Source: Syntrophobacterales bacterium (lineage in GTDB: Bacteria > Desulfobacterota > Desulfobaccia > Desulfobaccales > 0-14-0-80-60-11). Taken from it: a stretch of DNA of 64,000 nucleotides. Location: positions 7,235-71,234 of the forward strand of contig JAGVAH010000044.1 of NCBI GenBank assembly GCA_020060385.1, read 5' to 3'. Below the pieces are notes generated by a model that searched no databases, was not told where the DNA came from, and saw only the letters and a list, made by a program, of their open reading frames with translations. The position numbers were made by a program, and so were the translations under genes. Of the stretch, positions 53,783-64,000 are shown piece after piece (position 1 is the stretch's first letter; every line of letters starts with the position of its first letter).

Positions 53783-54043
53783 TTACTGGGGGGACTCCAG
53801 GTCCTCCGGGTCCAGGAGGCCCTGTTCCAGCAAGGCCGCCTCCAGTTGGGCCAGGGCTTCTTTAAAAGCCGGATAGAGCCCCACCGCCAGGGAGACCCCC
53901 TTCTTGGTGGGCACCCATTCCTCTTCTTGATCCCCGGGGACATGGACCCGGAAATCGATGAGACGGTGGCCCTTGAATTCGGACAGAGACAGAAACAGAA
54001 CTTCACGGGCGTTTTTGGGCACCCGGCTGATGACTTCGGACAT
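53783..54043 (-). CDS. PC4/YdbC-like (transcriptional coactivator p15) ssDNA-binding protein
   Basis: KNARE...SLSEFKGH..IDFR.......W.PTKKGVSL. Confidence 0.88.
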   Translation of the reverse strand: MSEVISRVPKNAREVLFLSLSEFKGHRLIDFRVHVPGDQEEEWVPTKKGVSLAVGLYPAFKEALAQLEAALLEQGLLDPEDLESPQ

Positions 54044-54133
54044 TATTCCTCCTGAGGTTGCTCCACCGTTGCCGGAGCGGGACTAGCAAAATGACTTCTC
54101 TTATCTTCCCTGACTTGTCAACCCCTTTTTCAT

Positions 54134-55606
54134 ATGCAGCTCTATAATACTCTAAATCGGCGCAAGGAAACTTTCCAGCCTCTGCACCCCGGCAAAGTGG
54201 GCCTTTATGCCTGCGGGGTGACGGTCTATGACGACTGCCACCTGGGCCACGCCCGCTCCACCGTGGTCTTCGAGGTCCTGGTGCGCTTTTTAAGACACCG
54301 GGGTCTGGATGTCACCTGGGTGCGCAATTTCACCGATATCGACGACAAGATTATCCGCCGGGCCCAGGAGACCGGGGTTCCCTGGCTGGAGGTGGCAGAG
54401 CGCTACATCGCCTCCTTCCAGGAGGACATGGCCGCCCTGGGCATCCCCCCGGCCCAGATCGAGCCCCGGGCCACCCAGCATATCCCGGAGATCATCGACC
54501 TCATCCGGGTCTTGGAGGATAAGGGCTTTGCCTACCAAGGCCGGGAAGACGTCTACTTCCGGGTGCGCCGCTTCCCCGGTTACGGCCAACTCTCCGGCCA
54601 GAGCCTGGACGATATGCAGGTGGGCGCCCGCATCGAGGTGGACCCCCATAAGGAAGACCCCCTGGACTTCGTCCTCTGGAAAGGGTCGAAGCCCGGGGAA
54701 CCGGCCTGGGACAGCCCCTGGGGGCCAGGCAGGCCGGGCTGGCACATCGAGTGCTCGGCCATGGCCATGCGCTACCTGGGGAAGACCCTGGACCTCCACG
54801 GCGGCGGCCAGGATCTGGTCTTCCCCCACCACGAAAACGAGCTGGCCCAGTCCGAGGCGGCCACCGGCCAACCCTTCTCCCGTTTCTGGCTGCACCACGG
54901 CCTCCTGACCATCAACCAGGAAAAGATGGCCAAATCCCTGGGGAACTTTTTCACGGTGAAGGAGGTCCTGGCCAAATTCCCCCCGGAAGTGGTGCGCTTC
55001 TTCCTCATCAACGTCCATTACCGCAGCCCCCTGGACTTCTCGGACGCAGCCCTGGAGGAAGCGGAGACCGCGCTCCTGCGCCTCTACACCACCCTGGCCC
55101 GGATCGAGGAATTATTGCAACATCATCCCCAGGTGGAGCTGCCCGGGGAATATGATTATTATCCGGCCACCATCACCCTGGAGGAGTGCGCCCGCCTGGG
55201 GTCCCTCCAGGGCCGGTTCGAAAGCGCCATGGCCGACGACCTGAACACCGCCCAGGCCCTGGGTTTCTTCTTCGAAGCCGTGCGCCTCCTCAACCGCCTT
55301 TTGGAGGAACAGAGCTCCGAACCGGGCTACCTCACCATCCTTTTCGACCTCCATCGGGGACTGCGTAAATTTGGGGCCATCCTCAACCTCCTCCAGGCCG
55401 ACCCCGCGGCCATGGTCAAATCCCTGCGCCAGAAACCCCTGGATTTGGCCCTCAGCCCGGAGGAGATCGAACAACTCATCGCCGCCCGGGCCCAGGCCCG
55501 GAAGGACAAGGACTGGGCCAAGGCGGACCGTATCAGGAAGGAATTGACCGATAAAGGCATTCTCCTGGAGGACACCCCCCAGGGCACCATCTGGCGGGTG
55601 AAGTGA
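54134..55606 (+). CDS. cysS: Cysteine--tRNA ligase
   Basis: CGVTVYD; HLGHAR; NFTDIDDKII; DFVLWK; GRPGWHIECSAM; FPHHENE; KMAKS. Confidence 0.97.
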   Translation: MQLYNTLNRRKETFQPLHPGKVGLYACGVTVYDDCHLGHARSTVVFEVLVRFLRHRGLDVTWVRNFTDIDDKIIRRAQETGVPWLEVAERYIASFQEDMAALGIPPAQIEPRATQHIPEIIDLIRVLEDKGFAYQGREDVYFRVRRFPGYGQLSGQSLDDMQVGARIEVDPHKEDPLDFVLWKGSKPGEPAWDSPWGPGRPGWHIECSAMAMRYLGKTLDLHGGGQDLVFPHHENELAQSEAATGQPFSRFWLHHGLLTINQEKMAKSLGNFFTVKEVLAKFPPEVVRFFLINVHYRSPLDFSDAALEEAETALLRLYTTLARIEELLQHHPQVELPGEYDYYPATITLEECARLGSLQGRFESAMADDLNTAQALGFFFEAVRLLNRLLEEQSSEPGYLTILFDLHRGLRKFGAILNLLQADPAAMVKSLRQKPLDLALSPEEIEQLIAARAQARKDKDWAKADRIRKELTDKGILLEDTPQGTIWRVK

Positions 55607-55608
55607 TA

Positions 55609-55663
55609 GTAATCAGTAATCAGTTTATTTATCTGATCACTGATCACTGCTTACCTATCACTG
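55609..55663. repeat. Inverted heptamer tandem repeat (CAGTRAT family)
   Basis: agtaatcagtaatcagt ... ctgatcactgatcactg. Confidence 0.7.
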
Positions 55664-55698
55664 GCCCCTAACCACTAACATTGAAAGGAGGCTTCCAT

Positions 55699-55980
55699 AT
55701 GGCCACATTCCTGATGTTCGGCAAGTACTCGGCCCAGGCCGTTAAAGAGGCCAGCGCCCAGCGCTCCCAAGACGCGTTGAGGGTGATCAAGAAACTGGGC
55801 GGAGAAATGAAGGCCGGTTATGCCTTGCTGGGGGAAACCGACCTGGTGGTGGTGGTCGATTTCCCTGGCATCGAGGCCGCCATCAAGGCTTCCGTGGACC
55901 TGAGCAAAATGACCGGCATCGCCTTCACCACCTGCCCCGCCATCCCCCTGGAGGAGTTCGATCAAATTATTTCAGGCTGA
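55699..55980 (+). CDS. GYD-domain protein
   Basis: MATFLMFGKY; LGG....YALLGETDLVVVVDFP; TTCPA. Confidence 0.85.
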   Translation: MATFLMFGKYSAQAVKEASAQRSQDALRVIKKLGGEMKAGYALLGETDLVVVVDFPGIEAAIKASVDLSKMTGIAFTTCPAIPLEEFDQIISG

Positions 55981-56175
55981 TAGGGCTGCAACCTAAAAAA
56001 ACGTATCCCCCGCCCCTAAAAACTTGGTCTGGGGTGGGAGGAGCAGACCCCGTATAATGAACATAAGATCATAAATATTTTCTTGATTTTCTTAATTTCT
56101 TGTTATAATAAACATAGTTAATCCAGCGGGGCCCCAGCAACCTGCCCCCCAAAATCCGGCAAGGGAGGTGGAAAT

Positions 56176-56223
56176 ATGGCGCATAACTGGGCCTTCCGCC
56201 AGAACCTGCGCCCCCCATCCTGA
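56176..56223 (+). CDS. Putative 15-aa leader peptide (MAHNWAFRQNLRPPS)
   Basis: Strong RBS AAGGGAGGT before ATG; extended -10 TGtTATAAT at 56101-56109. Confidence 0.4.
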   Translation: MAHNWAFRQNLRPPS

Positions 56224-56398
56224 TCTGTTTGCGCTTTTACAGTCACCGCATCAGCCTCTCAGTTCGAACCCCGACTGTTCCCTGTAATCAAACCCTAACC
56301 TCCGGCGGAAGAAGCTTTATTCCCAGCATCCACCCGGTTAGCCTCCAAGACCGGGACTGACCTGGGTAACTTCTCCCTTTTTTCTCAGGAGGTGCATT

Positions 56399-56872
56399 AT
56401 GCCCCTCATTCTCGTAGAAGCCCCCAGGCACGTGGGCGTGGGCATCAGGCCCGCTTTGCACCGGGATATTCCCCGGGTCCTGGAGATCGAGCGCCTGGCC
56501 TTCGGCGGGCAGTGGGATTACTATCAGTTCAGGGCCTCCCTGGAGGACGTCTTTCTCTTGGCGGTGGATGCGGCCAGCGGCGAAACCGTGGGCTTCCTGG
56601 TGGCCTGCTGCTGCAAGATCGCCCGCCGGGGCATCATCCTCCGGGTCGCGGTCCACCCGGATTTCCAGGGCCAGGGCATCGCCACCCAACTTCTCCAGGA
56701 ATCCTTCACCACGCTGAAGAAGAAAGACTTGGACGAAGTGGAGCTGGACGTGGACATCGTCAAGAACGGGGCCATGCGTCTCTATGAAAGGTTGGGCTTC
56801 CGGGTGAAGGAACTCTTCTCCCCGGACATGGAAGGCGAGGAAAGTTTTCATATTATGCGCCGCAAGTTGTGA
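56399..56872 (+). CDS. GNAT family N-acetyltransferase (RimI-like)
   Basis: IE..AF..QW; VAVHPDFQGQGIA; N.A.RLYERLGF. Confidence 0.9.
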   Translation: MPLILVEAPRHVGVGIRPALHRDIPRVLEIERLAFGGQWDYYQFRASLEDVFLLAVDAASGETVGFLVACCCKIARRGIILRVAVHPDFQGQGIATQLLQESFTTLKKKDLDEVELDVDIVKNGAMRLYERLGFRVKELFSPDMEGEESFHIMRRKL

Positions 56873-56897
56873 TAATTTTTTCCCAGGGAGCCTGTTG

Positions 56898-56952
56898 CCA
56901 GTGATCAGTGATCAGTGGGGAGAGAAAAACTGATTACTGATTACTGATCACT
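56898..56952. repeat. Inverted heptamer tandem repeat (CAGTRAT family)
   Basis: ccagtgatcagtgatcagtg ... actgattactgattactgatcact. Confidence 0.75.
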
Positions 56953-57013
56953 TCTTTTTTCTGACCCCTGGCCCCTGGTCCCTGGTCCCTGCTTTTTTTG
57001 CTATAATAAAGCC

Positions 57014-59008
<1,995 letters not shown>

Positions 59009-59065
59009 AGTGGAATGGGGGTTGCCGGCTGGGGGCAGGGATTCGGGGAGAAGCCCTTGGGGTAT

Positions 59066-59118
59066 AGTGATCAGTAATCAGTGTCCAGTGATCAGTAAAA
59101 AACTGATTACTGATTACT
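59066..59118. repeat. Inverted heptamer tandem repeat (CAGTRAT family)
   Basis: agtgatcagtaatcagtgtccagtgatcagt-aaaaa-actgattactgattact. Confidence 0.75.
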
Positions 59119-59485
59119 CGTATTTCTGGCGCAGATGGACGAAAAAAACTTCCCGCAGGTACTTGCTCTGCAACATGACTGACCCGTCCGTCCCCGATGC
59201 AAAATCCTGGAGCTCAAACTCCTCGTCGGGAAACCAGTCGGTGGCCAAGGCCAGGCCCCCTGCCTGCCGGCGGATGGTAATGCGGCATTCGTCCGCCACC
59301 TCCAGGGGAAAGGCCAGATACGCGGAAAAACTCAACTCTTCCGGGGTGGAGACGATACTGGCCTTCTTGGATTCCCAAATCTCGTACTTGGGATCGCCGA
59401 ATCCGGACAGCCAATACAGGGTGATATAGGGGAGGTCTGCATACATCCCCGCCGGGGTATCCATGGGCTCTGACTCTGGGCGCAA
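59114..59485 (-). CDS. Hypothetical protein
   Basis: Fills the gap with plausible composition; no recognised motif; start uncertain. Confidence 0.55.
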   Translation of the reverse strand: MRPESEPMDTPAGMYADLPYITLYWLSGFGDPKYEIWESKKASIVSTPEELSFSAYLAFPLEVADECRITIRRQAGGLALATDWFPDEEFELQDFASGTDGSVMLQSKYLREVFFVHLRQKYE

Positions 59486-59691
59486 TCAATGCGGGAATTT
59501 GACGGACACCAAGACCTTATGGGAATCACCCGGCAAAGTCAAGCCTCCCCGCCGGGGCCGGGAGGAGGAAGGAGGGTAAGGAAGGAAAAGAGATGCGGGG
59601 GGAGGGCCAGGGGTCAAAGATGAGATACCCCCTCCCCTGATAACCTTTCCCTGTTTTTTTCTGAAAGCAGGCAACTGGCAACTAAAAAGGC

Positions 59692-59783
59692 TGGTGGCGG
59701 GCGGGGACGCCCGCCCTACGGAAAGCTGAAGCGCGCAGGCGGGACGCCTGCGTCACCGGCTGATAGCTGACAGCTGACAGCTA
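59692..59783. repeat. REP-like palindromes plus GCTGAYA heptamer repeats
   Basis: ggcgggcggggacgcccgccctac; cgcaggcgggacgcctgcg; gctgatagctgacagctgacagct. Confidence 0.65.
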
Positions 59784-59819
59784 CATGGCCCGTCCGTCAA
59801 ATAACTCTGGCTCTGAGCC

Positions 59820-60896
59820 TTACTTGGTTTTCGGGGTTTCTTTGGGGGTTTCTTGGGGAGTGAGCTTCAGGAATTCTTTCAGGAGTTTTTCCTGTTTGGA
59901 GGTGAGGTTGGTGGGGGTTTGGAGGTCGATTTCCACTACCAGGTCGCCCCGGGAGTTGCCCCGGAGGCCGGGCATGCCTTCCCCGGGGATGCGGAAGGTG
60001 GCCCCGGGCTGGGTGCCGGAGGGGATGGTCAGGCGGGTATGGGAGTTTAGGGTGGGAATCTGCACCTCCGATCCCAGCGCGGCCTCCACAAAGGAGAGTT
60101 GGGCCCGGAATTGCAAATCCTTGCCCTCCCGGGTGAATAGGGGGTGGGGCGCGATCTGCACCTCGATGTACAGGTCCCCCGGGGGGCCGCCGCTCCTGCC
60201 GGCCTCCCCTTCCCCCCGGAGCCGCAGGCGGGTGCCGTGGTCCACCCCGGGAGGGATGCGCACCTGCACCTGTTTTTTCTCCAGGATGGTGCCCGCGCCC
60301 CGGCATTCCTGGCAGGGGTTGGCGATGAGGCTGCCCGCGCCCCGGCACTCCGGACAGGTGGTAAAAATCTTGAGGAGGCCCCGGGACTGGCTCACCTGGC
60401 CCCGGCCGCCGCAGCGCTGGCAGGCCTGGCGCTGGGTGCCTGGTTCCAGGGCGCTCCCCCGGCAGCGGCGGCAGAGGGCGCGACGTTCCAAATCTAGAGA
60501 AGCGTCAAAGCCTTTGACCACCTGCTCCAGGGTGAGGAGCACCTGGTGGCGCAGGTCCGCGCCGGGTTGGGGCCGGTGGCGGCCCCGGCGCCGCCCGAAG
60601 CCGAAGAAATCCTCAAAGACCTCGCCGAAGCTGGAGAAGATGTCTTCAAAGCCGCTGAAGCCGCCCACATCCAGGCCGGCCAGACCGGCATGTCCATAGA
60701 GGTCGTAGAGCTGGCGTTTTTCGGTATCGGCCAGGACCTGGTAGGCCTCGGAGAGCAGTTTAAATCTTTCTTCCGCGGCCAGGTTTCCGGGGTTTTTATC
60801 GGGATGGTACTTCAGGGCCAACCGGCGGTAGGCGGTTTTGATTTCCTCAAGCGAGGCGCTTCTGGAGATGCCCAGGGTTTCGTAATAGTCTTCCAT
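59820..60896 (-). CDS. dnaJ: Molecular chaperone DnaJ
   Basis: DYYETLG; HPD motif; G/F region; four CxxCxGxx zinc-finger repeats. Confidence 0.94.
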   Translation of the reverse strand: MEDYYETLGISRSASLEEIKTAYRRLALKYHPDKNPGNLAAEERFKLLSEAYQVLADTEKRQLYDLYGHAGLAGLDVGGFSGFEDIFSSFGEVFEDFFGFGRRRGRHRPQPGADLRHQVLLTLEQVVKGFDASLDLERRALCRRCRGSALEPGTQRQACQRCGGRGQVSQSRGLLKIFTTCPECRGAGSLIANPCQECRGAGTILEKKQVQVRIPPGVDHGTRLRLRGEGEAGRSGGPPGDLYIEVQIAPHPLFTREGKDLQFRAQLSFVEAALGSEVQIPTLNSHTRLTIPSGTQPGATFRIPGEGMPGLRGNSRGDLVVEIDLQTPTNLTSKQEKLLKEFLKLTPQETPKETPKTK

Positions 60897-60984
60897 CCTA
60901 GAAATACAGCTCCCCACGTATCCCCATGCTGGAATCTTCTCTCCTCCTGTTTGCCACTAATTCTTATCATCGGCTGGGGGCTTG

Positions 60985-61299
60985 TCAAGATTCCCCAGGA
61001 TTAACCGGAAGCAGCTTCTCCAGGCGAAGCGCCAGATCCTGAGAACGGTTTTCTATTTCCACCACTTTTTCCCGGCTCTGGGCGCCACTGGTAAGGTGCA
61101 CTGCCTTCTTGGGGACTCCCAGGATTTTAGCCAGGAAATCCAACAACTTCTTGTTGGCCGCCCCCTTCTCTGGGGCCGCGGCCACCCGCACTTTCAGTCG
61201 ATCCCCCTGGAGCCCCACCACTTCTGTGCGAGAGGCGCCCGGCACCACTAGCAGGCGCAAAATATAACCCTGGCTGGTGGGAAAATAAACGGGGGGCAC
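60985..61299 (-). CDS. DUF167 (YggU) family protein
   Basis: VVPGASRT; LKVRVAAAPEKGAAN; SGAQSREK. Start uncertain. Confidence 0.88.
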   Translation of the reverse strand: MPPVYFPTSQGYILRLLVVPGASRTEVVGLQGDRLKVRVAAAPEKGAANKKLLDFLAKILGVPKKAVHLTSGAQSREKVVEIENRSQDLALRLEKLLPVNPGES

Positions 61300-61319
61300 G
61301 GGCCAGTTACCGGAGGCTG

Positions 61320-61625
61320 CTAACCGATCATCAAGGCCCAATCGCGCAAGGTCTGTAGGAGGAAAATACGCAGGAACATGATGGCGGCAATCACTATCAG
61401 GGGGGAGAGGTCCAACCCGCCGAAGACCACCGGCACCCGCCGCCGGAGATAACTCAAAACCGGTTCAGTAACATTATACAAAAACCGGACAATGGGATTA
61501 TACGGGTCGGGGTTGACCCAGGACAGCAAGGCCCGGGCGATGATCAGCCACATATAGATATTCAAGGCCAGGTCCAAAATGGTGGTGACGGCGTTGAGCA
61601 GATGTCTAACGGCTATTATTCCCAT
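61320..61625 (-). CDS. YggT family membrane protein
   Basis: ALLSWVNPDPYNPIVRFLY.VTEPVL; GLDLSPL. Confidence 0.93.
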   Translation of the reverse strand: MGIIAVRHLLNAVTTILDLALNIYMWLIIARALLSWVNPDPYNPIVRFLYNVTEPVLSYLRRRVPVVFGGLDLSPLIVIAAIMFLRIFLLQTLRDWALMIG

Positions 61626-61908
61626 CCTGACCCCCAAAAAATTCTAGGGATAGTATGACCAGAAAGAGAAAGGTGTCAAGGGGTAACCGGAAGAAAGTCC
61701 AAAGTTTTCAGCAGATGCAGGCAGTCTTCCCGATCCAAGTCCTGAGACTACTCCCCTTTCTTGCGCCCTCCGGAGCATTCCAGTAAAATTAATTGAAAAA
61801 AATTTATTACAAAAGGCGTCCAAGCCGAGGCGCGGTTTTTGGGGGGCCGTAGATAATTACGGAACCGCTGGCCCAGCCACTGCAATCGTTAATAAGTGAT
61901 CGTCGGTT

Positions 61909-63189
61909 ATGGATTTTTCAAGTTTCCAGACATTTGCCGCGCTGCGGCATCGCAATTTCCGCCTCTTTTACACCGGCCAGATGATCTCCTTGACCGGGTC
62001 CTGGATGCAAGCCCTGGCCTTCAGCTGGCTGGTCCTGGTGCTTACCGACTCCTCTTTTTACCTGGGGCTGGTGGGAGCCCTGCAAACCTTGCCGGTGCTG
62101 CTCTTTTCCTTCCTGGGGGGAGTGGTGGCGGATCATACCCACAAACTGCGCCTGCTTTTCCTTACCCAGGCCGCCTTGATGATTCTGGCCCTGGTCCTGG
62201 GAGTGCTGGTGAAATTGGAACTCGTCCATATCTGGTACCTGTGCCTCATTGTCTTTTTGTCGGGGACGGTGATGGCCTTCGACATCCCGGTGCGCCAGGC
62301 CTTTATCGTGGAGTTGGTGGGCAAACCGGACCTCCCCAACGCCATTGCTCTGAACTCCACCCTGTTCAACGCCACCCGGGTGGTGGGGCCGGCGGTGGCC
62401 GGGGTCCTCATCGCGGTGGTGGGCATGGCCAACTGTTTCTTCCTGAATGCCGCCTCCTTCCTGGCGGTGCTCCTGGCGTTGTTCCTGATGCGTCTGCCTC
62501 CGGCCCAGCCCGCGGCCTGGACCCCTTTCCGGCGGGCCTGGCGGCAGGTGTTGGATCACCTCCTGGAACGGCAGGAACTTAAGCTGGTGCTCCTCATCAT
62601 GAGCGCGGTGGCCATCCTGGCCATGCCCTATTTCGTGCTGCTCCCCATCCTGGCCCGGGATGTCCTGGGCGCGGGTCCCAAGGGATTCGGGGTGATCAGC
62701 GCCGGCAGCGGCCTGGGGGCCTTCCTGGGAGGCCTCACCCTGGCCCGGCGGCTGCAGCGGCGCCCCCCCATGCCCTCCTTTTTGGGGGGGCTGGGGTTAT
62801 TCCTCTCCGGGTTGCTGGCTCTGGGCCTGTGCGGCAATTACTACCTGGCCCTGGCCTCCATCTGCCTGGCCGGGTTCGGCATGGTGACCCTGCTATCCAC
62901 GGGCAACAGCCTGCTGCAGTTGAATGTGCCGGATGAACTCCGGGGCCGCATCATGAGCCTCTTCGGGCTGATCGTCATGGGCCTGGCGCCGGTGGGCAGC
63001 ATCCTTTACGGCATCGCCGCCCACTATCTGGGCCCGGGACTCACCATTGCCGGGGGCAGCCTGCTGGCCGCGGTGATCTGCGGGGTGGTGCTCCTGAGAC
63101 ACCCGGAACTGAGGCATATCCGCTTCGGCGAGTTGGAGACGCCGGAGGACACCGCCTTGCCTCCCACCATTCCGCCTTTCCGGGGATGA
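61909..63189 (+). CDS. MFS transporter (H+ antiporter-1 / DUF894 type)
   Basis: ALRHRNFRLF..GQ.IS..G.WMQ; FDIPVRQA; AIALNS..FN..RVVGP; DELRGRIMS. Confidence 0.9.
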   Translation: MDFSSFQTFAALRHRNFRLFYTGQMISLTGSWMQALAFSWLVLVLTDSSFYLGLVGALQTLPVLLFSFLGGVVADHTHKLRLLFLTQAALMILALVLGVLVKLELVHIWYLCLIVFLSGTVMAFDIPVRQAFIVELVGKPDLPNAIALNSTLFNATRVVGPAVAGVLIAVVGMANCFFLNAASFLAVLLALFLMRLPPAQPAAWTPFRRAWRQVLDHLLERQELKLVLLIMSAVAILAMPYFVLLPILARDVLGAGPKGFGVISAGSGLGAFLGGLTLARRLQRRPPMPSFLGGLGLFLSGLLALGLCGNYYLALASICLAGFGMVTLLSTGNSLLQLNVPDELRGRIMSLFGLIVMGLAPVGSILYGIAAHYLGPGLTIAGGSLLAAVICGVVLLRHPELRHIRFGELETPEDTALPPTIPPFRG

Positions 63190-63411
63190 TATTTAGCCGC
63201 GACGGCCGTTATGGAAAACGCTGTAGTTTACCATGGGTTATAGACCAGACGTTTTCTGTTATCCAAAAGCAGTTCTCTCCCAAAATACTGTAAAGAAAAT
63301 CCGGAAATTTTCGATGAGGTTATCAGAAAGTTTTTGGCGCTACTGTCTGCAAGCAATGTTTGGGAAAATATCCAGCCCAAGACCCCTTTGCCGGTTGGAG
63401 GAGAAAGCCCC

Positions 63412-64000
63412 ATGATTCATGATCCCGGAGCAGTCCTTATGAGTCCGGAGGATCGAAATTCCGGCCAGGGGGATAGACCTGGGAAGGGCAAGAATCGGTT
63501 TCAATCTTACGCTTGGTTACTGATAACAGCATGGACCCTGGTCATAGTAATTTCCCTGGGGGTGAATTTTTATCAGGCACGGCAGGAAATTCAGGATATT
63601 GCCCTCACGACCGCCCGGATCAATTTTGAAAAAGACCTCATCTATCGCCGCTGGGCCACTATCCATGGCGGGGTCTACGTCCCGGTGACGCCGGAGACGC
63701 CACCGAATCCTTACCTCGGCCACATGCCGGAACGGGACCTGAGGACCCCGTCCGGCCGCCAACTGACTCTCATGAATCCGGCTTACATGACCAGGCAGGT
63801 ATTTACTTTCAGCCAGAATGAATCGTTCATCAAGGGGCATATTACCAGTCTTAAGCCATTGCGGCCGGAAAACCGTCCCGACCCCTGGGAGATCCAAGCC
63901 CTGAAATCCTTTGACCAGGGTAAATCCGAAGTATCCACCATAGAAAAAATGGAAGGCCAGCCTTATCTACGCCTCATGCGCCCGTTTAAGACCGAGAAAG
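63412..64000 (+). CDS. Membrane sensor protein with a DUF3365 (Tll0287-like) periplasmic domain, 3'-truncated
   Basis: Hand translation gives a TM helix, then KDLIYRRWATIHGGVYVPV...PNPYL...LTLMNPAYMTRQ...GHITSLKP..PEN.PDPWE; frame open to the window end. Confidence 0.85.
   Translation, partial: MIHDPGAVLMSPEDRNSGQGDRPGKGKNRFQSYAWLLITAWTLVIVISLGVNFYQARQEIQDIALTTARINFEKDLIYRRWATIHGGVYVPVTPETPPNPYLGHMPERDLRTPSGRQLTLMNPAYMTRQVFTFSQNESFIKGHITSLKPLRPENRPDPWEIQALKSFDQGKSEVSTIEKMEGQPYLRLMRPFKTEK

Noticed and set aside
56255-56290. GTTCGAACCCC as a tRNA T-loop or att site
   Set aside because: There is no T-stem pairing, cloverleaf or CCA end, and no integrase nearby.

Overview
GC-rich bacterial chromosomal window, most consistent with an anaerobic Desulfobacterota (deltaproteobacterial, possibly Desulfobacca/Syntrophales-like) genome. 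This taxonomy is inferred from gene content such as ahbC, a DVU0298-like HEAT protein, a DUF3365 sensor and a class V FBP aldolase/phosphatase. The window is mostly housekeeping and metabolic: gyrA (5'-truncated), gpsA, pfk, metG, ssb, recJ, hisB, hflX, carB, tetR-acyl-CoA dehydrogenase-etfB/etfA, a ClpX-like ATPase with ahbC, csp, sod, a two-component/GGDEF pair, cysS, uvrB and dnaJ. I found no rRNA, tRNA, CRISPR array, integrase or transposase. Four observations stand out. (1) Two tandem, diverged copies of a ~360-nt multi-helix non-coding element (about 27419-27789 and 27979-28350), each with a similar promoter-like upstream region, a terminator-like 3' hairpin and structure-preserving substitutions; I cannot assign it to any known RNA class. 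(2) An FBP aldolase/phosphatase fused in frame to a SorC/CggR-type sugar-binding domain that has no HTH. (3) A cobalamin riboswitch with an attenuator upstream of a lone 86-aa protein of unknown function. (4) hflX apparently starting at an ATC codon, with a decayed duplicate of its 5' end about 9.7 kb away. Intergenic regions also carry many REP-like palindromes and inverted heptamer tandem repeats. All family assignments come from motif recognition by eye; no database search was run.
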